Shown: piece after piece, positions 1-10,289 of the stretch | Numbering within the stretch: the stretch's first letter is position 1 | Layout: each line of letters opens with the position of its first letter | DNA from: Octopus bimaculoides | Lineage: Eukaryota | Reading direction: 5' to 3' | Assembly (NCBI RefSeq): GCF_001194135.2 | Contig: NC_068984.1 | Location: 16,216,466 to 16,250,857 of the forward strand | Length of the DNA: 34,392 bases | Notes under the pieces: model-generated | Databases searched by the model: none | What the model was told of the DNA's origin: nothing | The model's input: only the letters and a program-made list of their open reading frames with translations | Position numbers and translations under genes: made by a program

Positions 1-168
1 TATATATATACGACAGTCTCAGTTTCCGTCTACTAAATCCTCTCACAAGGCTTTGGTCGGCCCGAGGCTATAGTAGAAGACAATTGCCCAAGGTGCCACG
101 CAGTGGACTGAACCCGGAACCATGTGGTTGGTAAGCAAGCTACTTACCACACAGTCACTCCTACGTCT
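1..168 (-). mobile_element. SINE-A, 5' half (tRNA-derived head); runs off the window start
   Basis: Reverse complement matches 7164-7330 (GGAGTGACTGTGTGGTAAGTAGCTTGCTTACCAACCACATGGTTCCGGGTTCAGT...GGCACCTTGGGCAA). Confidence 0.9.
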
Positions 169-264
169 ACTGTAAGCGTTTGGACGAAGACTCCGATTTG
201 AAAATAACTTTTGCTTTCTTCCTCACATGTCTCGTAGATTGAGTAATGTAAAAAAAAGTAAGTG

Positions 265-512
265 CTGTCTCGGGTCCTAGGATTCAGAGGAACAGTTCAC
301 CGGTTCCGATGGCATACAAGTAACCAAAATCACAACTTTCTTTCTAAAGGGGACGCTAGTATGTTGCAGGGTTCCTCATTTACAATTGAGGAGGTGGAGT
401 AACGTGAAATGAAGCGTTTAGCTCAAGAACACAAAATACCACCCGGTTCAAGAATCGAAACCACGTTCTAGCGATCGTGAGTGCAACGCTCTAACCACTA
501 GACCACACTTCT
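265..512 (-). mobile_element. SINE-C, diverged copy
   Basis: Minus strand has an A box (TGGTCTAGTGG) and a B box (GGTTTCGATTC), then TTCTTGAGC...TTCACGTT as at 32471-32706. The 3' boundary is approximate. Confidence 0.7.
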
Positions 513-597
513 TTACTTTCTTCTTTAACTAAGCGATGAAAAATAGTAAGATTCTTCCAAACGACCCCCTGGTGACTTCCTTGACCAACGTTATGAA

Positions 598-802
598 ATT
601 CTTTTATTAGTTTCAGTCATTTGACTGCGGCCATGCTGGGGTACCGCTTTCAGTTGAGCAAATCGTCCCCAAGACTTATTCTCTCGGTTTCTTTTGCCGA
701 ACCGCTAGATAACAGGGATATAAACACACCAGCATCGGTTGTCAAGCTATATTGGGGGAACAAACACGGACACACAAACACACACACACACACATACACA
801 TT
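598..802 (-). mobile_element. SINE-A, 3' half including the internal (TG)n
   Basis: Reverse complement of the 7400-7610 tail (CAGCATGGCCGCAGTCAAATGACTGAAAC). Confidence 0.9.
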
Positions 803-1367
803 AATTGTTTGGTTGTTGTCCAACAGTTCATAATGGATTACTCCTTTAATATCCCACCATACACTCAACATAATCTTCCTTGGATGAAGTCCTGCTTTCG
901 GTTGTTGAACTGACCGCCCTCTTCAACTGATCCAAGAACGGCAGCGTTTAACATTATGGTAAAGAATCTACTTCACATCACCTGTAACAAGCCTGTCTAA
1001 AAATGTTGCTTGAAAGTGTCGCGGAAGCAATGATTGATAACAAGCAGCACGCTGTGGTCGATTCTCTGGAGACAGCTCGTGAAGGACCCATTTCCCAGCC
1101 ACTGAAAATTTTCCAATGTGTTTTATCTGGCGTACCACGGTTATATGGGCCACGTTTAACTGTTCTGCAAGTTCCCTAGTGGTAACGGTAGGGTTCTCTG
1201 AAATCAGCACTTCGGAAACGGGAAAACCACCTCCTGCAACTTCTTTCATTCACTACATCATCCCCATAAGTGCTCTGAATAGATCTTGCTACCGCACTTG
1301 CGTTAACACCTTTATGAAACTCGTAGAGTAAAATATTTCTTCTGTTATCTTTAGATGGGACAAACAA
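803..1367 (-). pseudogene. mariner transposase pseudogene (N-terminal ~55%)
   Basis: ORF-track pieces 1176-1367, 968-1249 and 650-871 join through a frameshift/deletion near 1220 and two in-frame stops. Confidence 0.9.
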
Positions 1368-1534
1368 GGTAGTAAAATTTTCTGAGAATTATGTCCGGAA
1401 GTTAGATAATCTGAAAGAAAATAGTACAAATTAGACATAGAAATATCTTAAAACTATAACAAAAGGTTAAAAAATTGATAAATTCGGTCTGAAACATTTT
1501 TTCTAGAAATCGGACATTACTTTTGCACCAACCC

Positions 1535-1536
<2 letters not shown>
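803..1536 (-). mobile_element. mariner transposon (cecropia/Hsmar1-like), 5' portion, defective
   Basis: TIR at 1507-1536 reads TCGGGTTGGTGCAAAAGTAATGTCCG on the minus strand, similar to the Hsmar1/MADE1 TIR. Translation gives LLYEFHKG..ERSCRRWFSRF, TTRELAEQLNV, WVLHEL, FLDRLVTGD and HPRKIMLSVWWDIKGVIHYELL. It is truncated before the second catalytic D. Confidence 0.95.

Positions 1537-1575
<39 letters not shown>
1537..1575. repeat. (CA)n microsatellite
   Basis: Seen directly. Confidence 0.95.
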
Positions 1576-1576
<1 letters not shown>

Positions 1577-1751
1577 TATATGCTTTCGGTGCGAATGGTT
1601 TTGTCAAGCGACGTCGAGTTTTACAATCCTGTAAATTATAATAATGGTATTTTATAAGTTTGAAGCTTAGAGCGAACACCGTGCAATGACTAAGGAAAGT
1701 CGTCTAATAATGGTATTACGCTTGGGAGGCGAATGGAAAAACCTACTTTTT

Positions 1752-1877
1752 NNNNNNNNNNNNNNNNNNNNNNNNNNNNNNNNNNNNNNNNNNNNNNNNN
1801 NNNNNNNNNNNNNNNNNNNNNNNNNNNNNNNNNNNNNNNNNNNNNNNNNNNNNNNNNNNNNNNNNNNNNNNNNNNNN
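1752..1877. other. assembly gap
   Basis: N-run; probably hides the left TIR of the Tc1-like element. Confidence 1.
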
Positions 1878-2980
1878 ATATCATCAGAAAAGGGTAATTA
1901 AAATTCATTAAAATGACAGATCTATCGGACTTTCAGAGAAGTCAAATTGTTGGTGCTCGTATGGCAGGCGCTAGTGTAACAAAAACAGTCGAAATGTTTG
2001 GTGTATTAAGAAGTACTGTCTCGAAAGTAATGATAACCTTTGAGAAAGAAGGAAAAATCTCCTCGTCGAAACAAAACTTCGGAAGAAAGCCAAAACTTTC
2101 AGATAGGGACTGTCGGAATCTTACGCGAATTGTTAGAAAGGATCACAAAAGTACAGCTCCTAAAATTACTGCAGAACTTAATGACCACCTCGAGAACCCA
2201 GTTTCCACAAAAACTGTTCATTGGGAGCTGCACAAAGCCGGATTTCACGGGTGGGTTGCAATAAGAAAACCACTACTTTCAAAAACAAACGTTGAAAAGC
2301 ATTTAGAGTGGAGTAAAAACCCACAGAATTAGTACTTAGAGCAGTGGAAGAATGTTATTTTCTCGGACAAGTCATCCTTTACATCGGCCGAGTATACGTG
2401 TGGAAAAAGCCAAAAGAAGCATTTGACCCAGGCTGCCTAATTCCAACTGTTAAACATGGAGGAGGATCTGTGATAATTTGGGGGCTATATCTTGGAAATC
2501 TGCCAGCCCAATGGTTTCCCTTCATGACAGAATTAATAGTCAAGACTATTTAAGTATTTTATCTGATCAAATTCATCATATGGTTGCGGAACTGTTTCCG
2601 GAGGAAAACGGAATCTTTCAGGATGATAATGCACCAATTCCCACAGCTAAAGTTGTTACTGAATGGCACGAGGAATACTCTAGTGAAGTTGAACATCTTA
2701 CCTGGCCACCACAGTCCTCAGATCTCAATATTATTGAACATTTATGGTGCATTTTAGAAAAACAATTAAGGAGTCGATATCCTCCACCATCATCACTACA
2801 AGAACTGGAGACTATTTTAGCTGAAGAATGGACAAAAATTCCTTTGGAAACAATTTAAATTTTGTACGAGTCCATACCTCGTAGAATTCAAGCTGCAATT
2901 ACTGCCAAAGGCGGTCCTACCCCATATTAAAATAAATTTATTTGAAATTTTAAGATGCTTCCATTATTTTGTCCAACACC
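1878..2980 (+). mobile_element. Tc1-like DNA transposon, DD36E (Incomer-type), near full length
   Basis: Transposase 1913-2930. The right TIR remnant 2961-2980 (CCATTATTTTGTCCAACACC) runs into a gap. Both termini lie in gaps. Confidence 0.9.
1913..2930 (+). pseudogene. Tc1-like DD36E transposase pseudogene
   Basis: MTDLSDFQRSQIVGARMAGASVTKT..GRKPKLS..IFSD..GRVYVW..TVKHGGGSV..FQDDNAP..WPPQSSDLNIIEHLW..AKGGPTPY*. Stops at 2330-2332 and 2856-2858; frameshifts near 2385 and 2483. There are 36 residues between the second D and the E. Confidence 0.95.
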
Positions 2981-3259
2981 NNNNNNNNNNNNNNNNNNNN
3001 NNNNNNNNNNNNNNNNNNNNNNNNNNNNNNNNNNNNNNNNNNNNNNNNNNNNNNNNNNNNNNNNNNNNNNNNNNNNNNNNNNNNNNNNNNNNNNNNNNNN
3101 NNNNNNNNNNNNNNNNNNNNNNNNNNNNNNNNNNNNNNNNNNNNNNNNNNNNNNNNNNNNNNNNNNNNNNNNNNNNNNNNNNNNNNNNNNNNNNNNNNNN
3201 NNNNNNNNNNNNNNNNNNNNNNNNNNNNNNNNNNNNNNNNNNNNNNNNNNNNNNNNNNN
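2981..3259. other. assembly gap
   Basis: N-run. Confidence 1.
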
Positions 3260-3289
3260 ATGCAAGAGTGTTTCCGCACTCAAAAGGTC

Positions 3290-3400
3290 AATTTTCTCAA
3301 TCAACCGCATTGGGTTGGTACTTATTTTATCGTTCCCGGAAAAGCAAAGGTGACCTCGGCTAGGTTCGAACTCAGAACGTAAAGCCGGAATAATTATCAC
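3290..3400 (-). mobile_element. SINE-B, degenerate copy
   Basis: Minus strand reads TTCTGAGTTCGAACCTAGCCGAGGTCACCTTTGCTTTTCC..GATAAAATAAGTACCAA, similar to 5460-5530. Confidence 0.6.
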
Positions 3401-3483
3401 GACACGATTATTCTGGCTCTATAGTCGGTAGACTTCTTATTTTCATATAATTCAATATAAGGATTCTACCAATTCGCCAGTGA

Positions 3484-3562
3484 GTGTGTGTGCGTGCGCG
3501 CGCGCGCGCGTGTGTGCGCGTGTGCGCGCGTGTGCGCGCGCGCGTGTGTATATGCATGTATG
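3484..3562. repeat. alternating purine-pyrimidine (GT/GC)n tract
   Basis: Seen directly; includes (GC)9-like runs. Confidence 0.9.
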
Positions 3563-4540
3563 TATTACATATAGATAAAATACTCTCTAACCTATTTCAC
3601 AAGGCATAATAATGTAAAAGTAGTCGGGGCGATGACGATGATAACGGAAAGAAATAAAGGGGAAAATGAGAGAGGGAGAGAGAGACGGAAAGAGTGAGAG
3701 AGAGAGAAAGAAATAATATATTGGGTAGATAAATATAAAATAAAAATAAAATAAAATGAGAGAGTGAGAGATAAGGCATTAATCAATAGCTAACTATCAG
3801 TGGAGTTATTTGCTGAATAAGATGTGGCAGATGATTCAAAGAAACTGGCGGCCATGATGAATGAATATAGAAAGAATATTTTGAAGCATAGTTTTGGTTT
3901 ATATCCGTTTCAAGATCGTACCCTAATTCGTTACATGAAAGTAATTATATCTATTTTGAAAGATAGGACGGTCGCCATTTATAGTCAGTCGTCGTCATTG
4001 GAGCCTGTGTTGTGTTGTAGAGCACGAGAAGAAGATATTGCTACTTTTATTGATCTCTGCTGAACAAATATCTAATTTTCAAGAACAAGATTCAATAAGC
4101 TGTGTGGGATTCATCTTCTGTAGTAAGAACAGTTATTAAGCAAAATTTAAATTCATCATTTTACAATCTCTTAATTCCTGCATTTAGCCGACTATATGAG
4201 ATCTCTGGATGTCACGTGTGGGGTAATTCTGGAAGGTGTCGTAGTGCAGTGGTAAGTTTAGGGAAAAACGATCCTGTAATCCGGTTTCGATTTTCAGCTG
4301 AAACCACGTCGATTAGTACGCTTACAAAAGGTATGAACACCATACACTTCCCTTTTCTTCCTCGCCAATTGTCAAACTTTCACATGAAGTCAGACAATTT
4401 TTAGAGGTAATCAGACCATGTCGTATTTTCAGCAACAGCGATGTTTTTCTTGCATTCTTTTTTTATACAGAAAGAATTGGGTGTTATGAAAACCAAGGCG
4501 TACGAAAAGTACAACTAACCATGAAGCACAGAATTAGATA

Positions 4541-4552
4541 CTACTACTACTA

Positions 4553-4633
<81 letters not shown>
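4541..4633. repeat. (ACT)n microsatellite
   Basis: Seen directly. Confidence 0.98.
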
Positions 4634-4824
4634 AATATTTAACTTGGCTCACTACAATCTGTACTGAATCTAACGCCCATTATAACAGCAGACGATACAT
4701 CTTAAAAAATAAACTACCCAGCGAAATATCTCATTTTGTCATCATATCTAACTGAGTTTATCATCATTTTGTCATTATATCTAGCTTGCCGAGTTTAATC
4801 GGGCATCGTACAGAGAATCGTTGC

Positions 4825-4920
4825 AGTATTCATTCCGGCTTCCGGCACTATGCGTTCAAATTCCTCCGAGTCAACTTTAGTTTTCATCATTTTAGGGCCG
4901 ATAAATAAACTACCAATCCG
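4825..4920 (+). mobile_element. SINE-B, degenerate copy
   Basis: GTTCAAATTCCTCCGAGTCAACTTTAGTTTTCATC..CCGATAAATAAACTACCA. Confidence 0.55.
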
Positions 4921-5391
4921 GAAATGGTGTTACTTCTTCTTTTCGCTTTGTCACTCGACTTCTTTCTGGAAGAAATCGTCTGTAGTTAGATTCGGAAAGG
5001 GATGGGCTCCGCTTTTAGATCTTTATAAGCTTGGGGCTCCCGGAGACCTGTGCAAACTCAAAGGCTGCCCCGGGCGGTACGTGCTCTTACTATTTCAGTG
5101 GGGCCCCGTCAAGTTTACATAAAAATGTTCAAGATATGCAGTATGTCAGTGAAGTTGTTTATCACAACTAAATAATAGAAACTCGGGAGGGGGGAGGGGG
5201 GACTCAATAGGAGTGGCTGAGGGGCACATGGCCCACTCCTCAAGAAAAGAAGTGTACCCTTCTAAATAATGTTATTACGCCCTTTTCTCCTGGAATTGTA
5301 TTACCATCTGACCTTGTACCCTCCCTTCGAAAAAATTCCTGGGACCGCACCCGAAATTTATGTAATATTTAAATAGAAATGGGGTGTTTTA

Positions 5392-5617
5392 AGGCGGCGA
5401 GCTGGCAGAAACGTTAGCACTCCGGGCGAAATGCCTAGCGGTATTTCGTCTGCCGCTACGTTCTGAGTTCAAATTCCGCCGAGGTCGACTTTGCCTTTCA
5501 TCCTTTCGGGGTCGATAAATTAAGTACCAATTACGCACTGGGGTCGATGTAATCGGCTTAATCCCTTGTTTGTCCCCTCTATGTTTAGCCCCTTGTGGGC
5601 AGTAAAGAAATAAGAAA
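5392..5617 (+). mobile_element. SINE-B, full-length copy
   Basis: Head AGGCGGCGAGCTGGCAGAA, B box GAGTTCAAATTCC (5465-5477), central GTCGACTTTGCCTTTCATCCTTTCGGGGTCGATAAA, and tail AAAGAAATAAGAA. Near-identical to 27366-27602. Confidence 0.9.
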
Positions 5618-6166
5618 TGGGGAGTTCATGTGTTTCCCAATTACAAGTATTGATTGTTCCACGTAGACATGAAACTTGAGATTTTTGAAGAAACGTTGAA
5701 ATAAGTAGTTGTAACATGCATTCCTTTCCCAAAGTGCAAATAAATGGACCCCTTGACCTTAAACAATTTTGCAATATAACAAATATTTCACTGCACACAT
5801 TTCTTATTCTTCTGTATTATACTTACGTCGAAGAAAATGCCCAGATCCCTAGCCCCTTGAAGTTTTGAATAATTAATGTTCACATCTTGACCATTGTTCG
5901 TGACTTGCCATAATTACACTTTATACTATTGACCTAACTAACATAGCTTTCGTTCAACTCGTGTCCATTTTACTATATTCTTGTAAATCCAAGACTTTAG
6001 AAGCCAATTTCATTGATTAGTTTTTCTCTTCTGGGATGGATTCTATTCCACAATATATAGGACAATGTAGAACTATTTGCGTCCATTATCTTGTATCGTT
6101 TTTGTTTGGAAAACGAATATTTACTGTAGTTATTTATGGACTCGTCAATAATTTATCTTTAGTTCA

Positions 6167-6180
6167 CTTCTTCTTCTTCT

Positions 6181-6226
<46 letters not shown>
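6167..6226. repeat. (CTT)n(CT)n microsatellite
   Basis: Seen directly. Confidence 0.95.
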
Positions 6227-6229
<3 letters not shown>

Positions 6230-6564
6230 CACTCTATCACTCTTAATTTCTCTTATATTTGAATCAAACTGTATTGTTATCTCTTGCAGTCTAGTCGCCA
6301 CTATTACGATTTCTACAAAATGACCACTATATCACTTACTTATTACAAGATAACTTTAACTTTTCTCTCACGTTTATCAAAATGTCGATTTCTTCATACT
6401 ACCTATAAGGTCTCATCCTGATGTCGTAAATAGGTGAGGGTGGATCTAGTGACGTGCATGATGTTTCTAAGGGATTTGATGTTATAAATGGAATATCATC
6501 TACGCAGTTCAAAAACAAACATCTATTGCCATGCATATAATTGTTTTGTCCGGTACCCACTCAA

Positions 6565-6567
6565 ATA

Positions 6568-6601
<34 letters not shown>

Positions 6602-6676
6602 CATGTATGTGTGTATGTATGTATGTATGTATGTATGTATGTATGTGTGTGGTTGTGTATGTGTGTGCTTGTGTGC

Positions 6677-6714
<38 letters not shown>
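6565..6714. repeat. compound (TA)n(ATGT)n(GT)n microsatellite
   Basis: Seen directly. Confidence 0.95.
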
Positions 6715-6716
<2 letters not shown>

Positions 6717-7163
6717 CATTGTCAGGGTTACAATGCAGGTTTGTCCACGACATAGAAATTCATGTCCTTATCTTTAATGATTGTTTAACGGTACATTATT
6801 GAAAGCATTTCTGTTTACATGTTTCTGATGAGTCTTTAGAAAACTTTGTAATTAGTACCCCAACAGCATAAATAATTAAATAACAGCCGCACTTTAACTT
6901 AATGCTAATCATTTATATCGCACTTAAAACTGCAATATTAACCATTTATATTGTACTTAAACTAGCTTGATTTTAACATTTACATTGCTCTTCAAGTAGC
7001 ATGATGTCATAATTTATGTCGGCATAAAGGCATAAATATATTTAACGATGAGAGAACAGAATGGATAAAGCAGGTAGATGTCAAATGGGTTTGGCTTTCT
7101 GCATCGAAATGAAATATAACAGATCTCACGGGTTCGATAATACATTATAACAATACTAACAAC

Positions 7164-7327
7164 AGGCGTAGGAGTGGCTGTGTGGTAAGTAGCTTGCTTA
7201 CCAACCACATGGTTCCGGGTTCAGTCCCACTGCGTGGCACCTTGGGCAAGTGATTTCTACTATAGCCTCGGGCCGACCAAAGCCTTGTGAGTGGATTTGG
7301 TAGACGGAAACTGAAAAAAGCCCGTCG

Positions 7328-7362
<35 letters not shown>

Positions 7363-7368
7363 ATGTAT

Positions 7369-7407
<39 letters not shown>

Positions 7408-7617
7408 TGTGTCTGTGTTTGTCCCCCACACCATCGCTTGACAACCGATGCTGGCGTGTTTACGTCCCCGTAAATTAGCGGTTCGGCAAAAAGAGACCGA
7501 TAGAATAAGTACTAGGCTTACAAAGAATAAATCCTGGGGTCGATTTTCTCGACTAAAGGCGGTGCTCCAGCATGGCCGCAGTCAAATGACTGAAACGAGT
7601 AAAAGAGAGTAAAAGAG
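7164..7617 (+). mobile_element. SINE-A, full-length copy with internal (TA)n(TG)n
   Basis: A box TGGCTGTGTGG (7175-7185), B-box-like GGTTCAGTCCC (7218-7228), CORE-like CACCTTGGGCAAG, and a tandem (GAGTAAAAGA)2 tail. Possible degenerate TSD: AACAATACTAACAA (7149-7162) vs AACATTACTAGCAA (7618-7631). Confidence 0.95.
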
Positions 7618-7734
7618 AACATTACTAGCAATAAAAAATGGAAAGAATATAAAGGTTTGACTAAGTTTGTGCACAGGAGAGTGCACAGGAGAGTGCATTG
7701 TGTTCATTTATTCGTACACACACATACATATAAC

Positions 7735-7795
7735 AAACAAACACACACACTTTGTCTTTCTCTTTCTCTTTTTTCACTCTCTCCCTCTTTCTCTT

Positions 7796-7838
<43 letters not shown>
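7735..7838. repeat. compound CA/CT microsatellites
   Basis: Seen directly. Confidence 0.85.
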
Positions 7839-7840
<2 letters not shown>

Positions 7841-8551
7841 TATTTGAGTCGGGTGCCGGACTAAACGTTTCAGCGGCCGTATGCTTGACAGTGCTGAGCT
7901 AAAATATATTTGCATGTTTGGCAAAAGAAAATAAAATGTAGTCCATAAATAATATTTCTGATTTCCTTTTTTATTGGCATGTACAACACCGCACGAATTT
8001 CACTTTGTTACGAAAGCTCTTAAGTCAAGGGTAACTCTCTGATACATTAGCCATATCTGCTTGCTAGCTAATGCTTCAGAAAATCATAAATGAGTTACTC
8101 TTTGCTGATACCCCGCATATTACAGAAAGGCTACGTTTCACTGAAAAGCCTTAAAAAAGAACGAAATTTTGCCCAAAGTTTTTATCCTATACTTGCCGAT
8201 AAATGATATTAACAATCATCCAATATTATTTTCCTTTTATTCTGCTGTATATGTGAATATATTTTAGCTATCTAATATTCTAATCGGTAAATATACTTTC
8301 ACTCTCATAACTGTCTAATTCTTATGCGTCCAAGACCAATTTAATCTGTCAGTAGAACTTAGCTCTGTCTACCAAGAAGATTTCTATGTATGAATTTATG
8401 CACAAATGTAGCTTTAAAGTACATTTATGTCAATAAAATATGCTCAATCAGTGTAAGGAATTAAAAAAGACTATTTTAGAATTGCAGTATTTTCGAATAG
8501 TCGCCTACAGGAACTGATATCTGCTTCTAAATGCTTTCAGTCTAGTCTAAC

Positions 8552-8830
8552 ATACACACACGCACGCATATGCACGCATTCACACGCGCGCACACACGCA
8601 CGCCCACGTGCACACGCCCACGCACACACACACACCACACACATACACGCACAAATATACAAAAATGCACACGAAGCATACTTGCGGATACACACACATA
8701 CACGCTTACTTTTAGATATACACACATTTTTTCTAGGTTGGAGAACGTGCCATTACTTTTATTTGAGGGTTAATTTGAAGAAAACACGAAGATAAGATGT
8801 GTGTACGTGGGTGCATGCGTGCGTACTTAC

Positions 8831-8891
<61 letters not shown>

Positions 8892-8916
8892 TGTTTGTGT
8901 GTGTGTGTGTGTGTGT
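8552..8916. repeat. degenerate (CA)n/(CG) tract followed by a (TG)n tract
   Basis: Seen directly. Confidence 0.85.
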
Positions 8917-9099
8917 GGGAAAAGTTTGTAAAAACAAAAATGTCGAGTGAATAAACTGTGAGAAACTCCTGTGTCTTGAAATACAAAATACTCTACCTAA
9001 TTACCTTTTGTGGTAAAATATATGTAATACGCCTCGACATTTCATTGTCGCAGCATATTACATATATTTTAACACAATCAACCACAACAATAGTAACAA

Positions 9100-10282
9100 T
9101 CTTATATATTAAAAGGAAAGTTGTCTGTCTGTGTGTTGTGTGAACCACTTCTACATTTTTCAACCGAATTTCACCAAATTTGACATGTATGCTCTCTTTA
9201 ACTTAGAATGATTTTTCTTATAATTTTTTCCTCGAAATTCCGCGCTCCAAACATAAATAGACTACTCACAATTCGCCTAGGATTTAGCTTGAGCCAGCGA
9301 AAAATGTGACACACACCGAGCTGGAAAAAAATCAATACTTTACTTTGTCAGCTGTGGCGAGCTCTTATCGACTGATTGCACAGTACTGCCAGCAATATTC
9401 ATTTGCGAGTTACGATTTGCTTCTGTTTTCACGCGAGCACTCTTTTTCATATAATTATTCCAACTTAAATTAGCCACTTCAAATCTCTTACCCAAAATTA
9501 AAAATCCTTAATTCGGTCCGTTTGATTAACATTTTTGCCAACTACATTTTACAATTTTTTGGGTGCTACGCATTCACCGCTTTTCCCTTAGGACTTTTTT
9601 ATTGCGTAAACTGATAATTTTCCACCCTGCCTCGACGCAAAAGATCCAATATAGGTCGGCAAACAAATGCTTCAAAGAAAAGTAAACGTATGCGTGCAAA
9701 TGAATCTGCTGAGGATGCCACCCGGAGGAACTCTCTCAATGCACTTAGGATGGCTTCAGCACGAAGGAGGAAAAGTGAAGAGCAGCGTTGTGATCGGTTA
9801 GCACGTATTGCTGTGCAACGAGCCGTCCAGAGCAACGAGCAACGTTCAGCACGCCAAAAAAGAAATGCTTCCTCAGCTGCTGCTGCACGAGCTGCGGAGA
9901 CTGCAGCACAACGCGCAGATCGACGTACAACCCAGCGAAACAGCAGGTAAACATACTATTTCTCTTTATGTCATATCTTTAGGCTCAACCTTTCCATCTG
10001 CTTAACGTGCTCATGTAAGCAGTTATGTGGTAAGGAAAATAAACTCAATTACAACCGTTTTTTTTTTCTGGTTCGACTTACTGTTCCAATGGAAAACAAT
10101 GACAGTGGTGTGGACGTATGACTCTTCATGTTCCCTATTGCGCTAAGTAAATCAAACACTGCTGGGAACATCTGCCATTATGATTTCTTTCATTCAGTGC
10201 AGAGGTGCATCCGTGAATGGTCTAATAACCAAACAGGCATACTTAACAAACAGCCCCGGGCAACGCCGAGTACGCCTGCTAG
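9100..10282 (+). mobile_element. non-autonomous Helitron with both termini
   Basis: The 5' end is A|TCTTATATATTAAAA..GTCTGTCTG at 9099/9100. The 3' end has the hairpin CCCGG-GCAACG-CCGAG (10255-10270), then CTAG|T (10279-10283). An internal ORF remnant resembles a Helitron N-terminus. Confidence 0.85.
9627..9946 (+). pseudogene. Helitron Rep/Hel N-terminal exon remnant with ~23-aa charged (STPR-like) repeats
   Basis: (L)PRRKRSNIGRQTNASKKSKRMRANESAEDATRR..KSEEQRCDRLAR..SNEQRSARQKRN..ETAAQRADR. The presumed start codon is now CTG, and the frame ends at a CAG|GTAAAC donor-like site. Confidence 0.7.
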
Positions 10283-10289
10283 TAATAGT

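Noticed and set aside
598-1575. Mariner inserted into the microsatellite of a SINE-A copy (CA tracts on both sides)
   Set aside because: The expected SINE 5' half does not follow 1575, the mariner has only one TIR, and no TA duplication is visible.
3790-4440. Coding-looking region with ORFs 3824-4063 and 4102-4404
   Set aside because: No recognisable motif in any frame, many stops and no clear splice structure. It may be an old TE; BLASTX would decide.
5000-5355. GC-rich segments resembling MITE ends (GGGGCTCCC/GGGGCCCC; AAATTCCTGGGACCGCACCCG)
   Set aside because: No paired TIRs or TSD could be established.
6826-6850. CTGATGAGTCTTTAGAAAAC as a hammerhead core
   Set aside because: Stem II is incomplete, and no stem III/UH or stem I partner is present.
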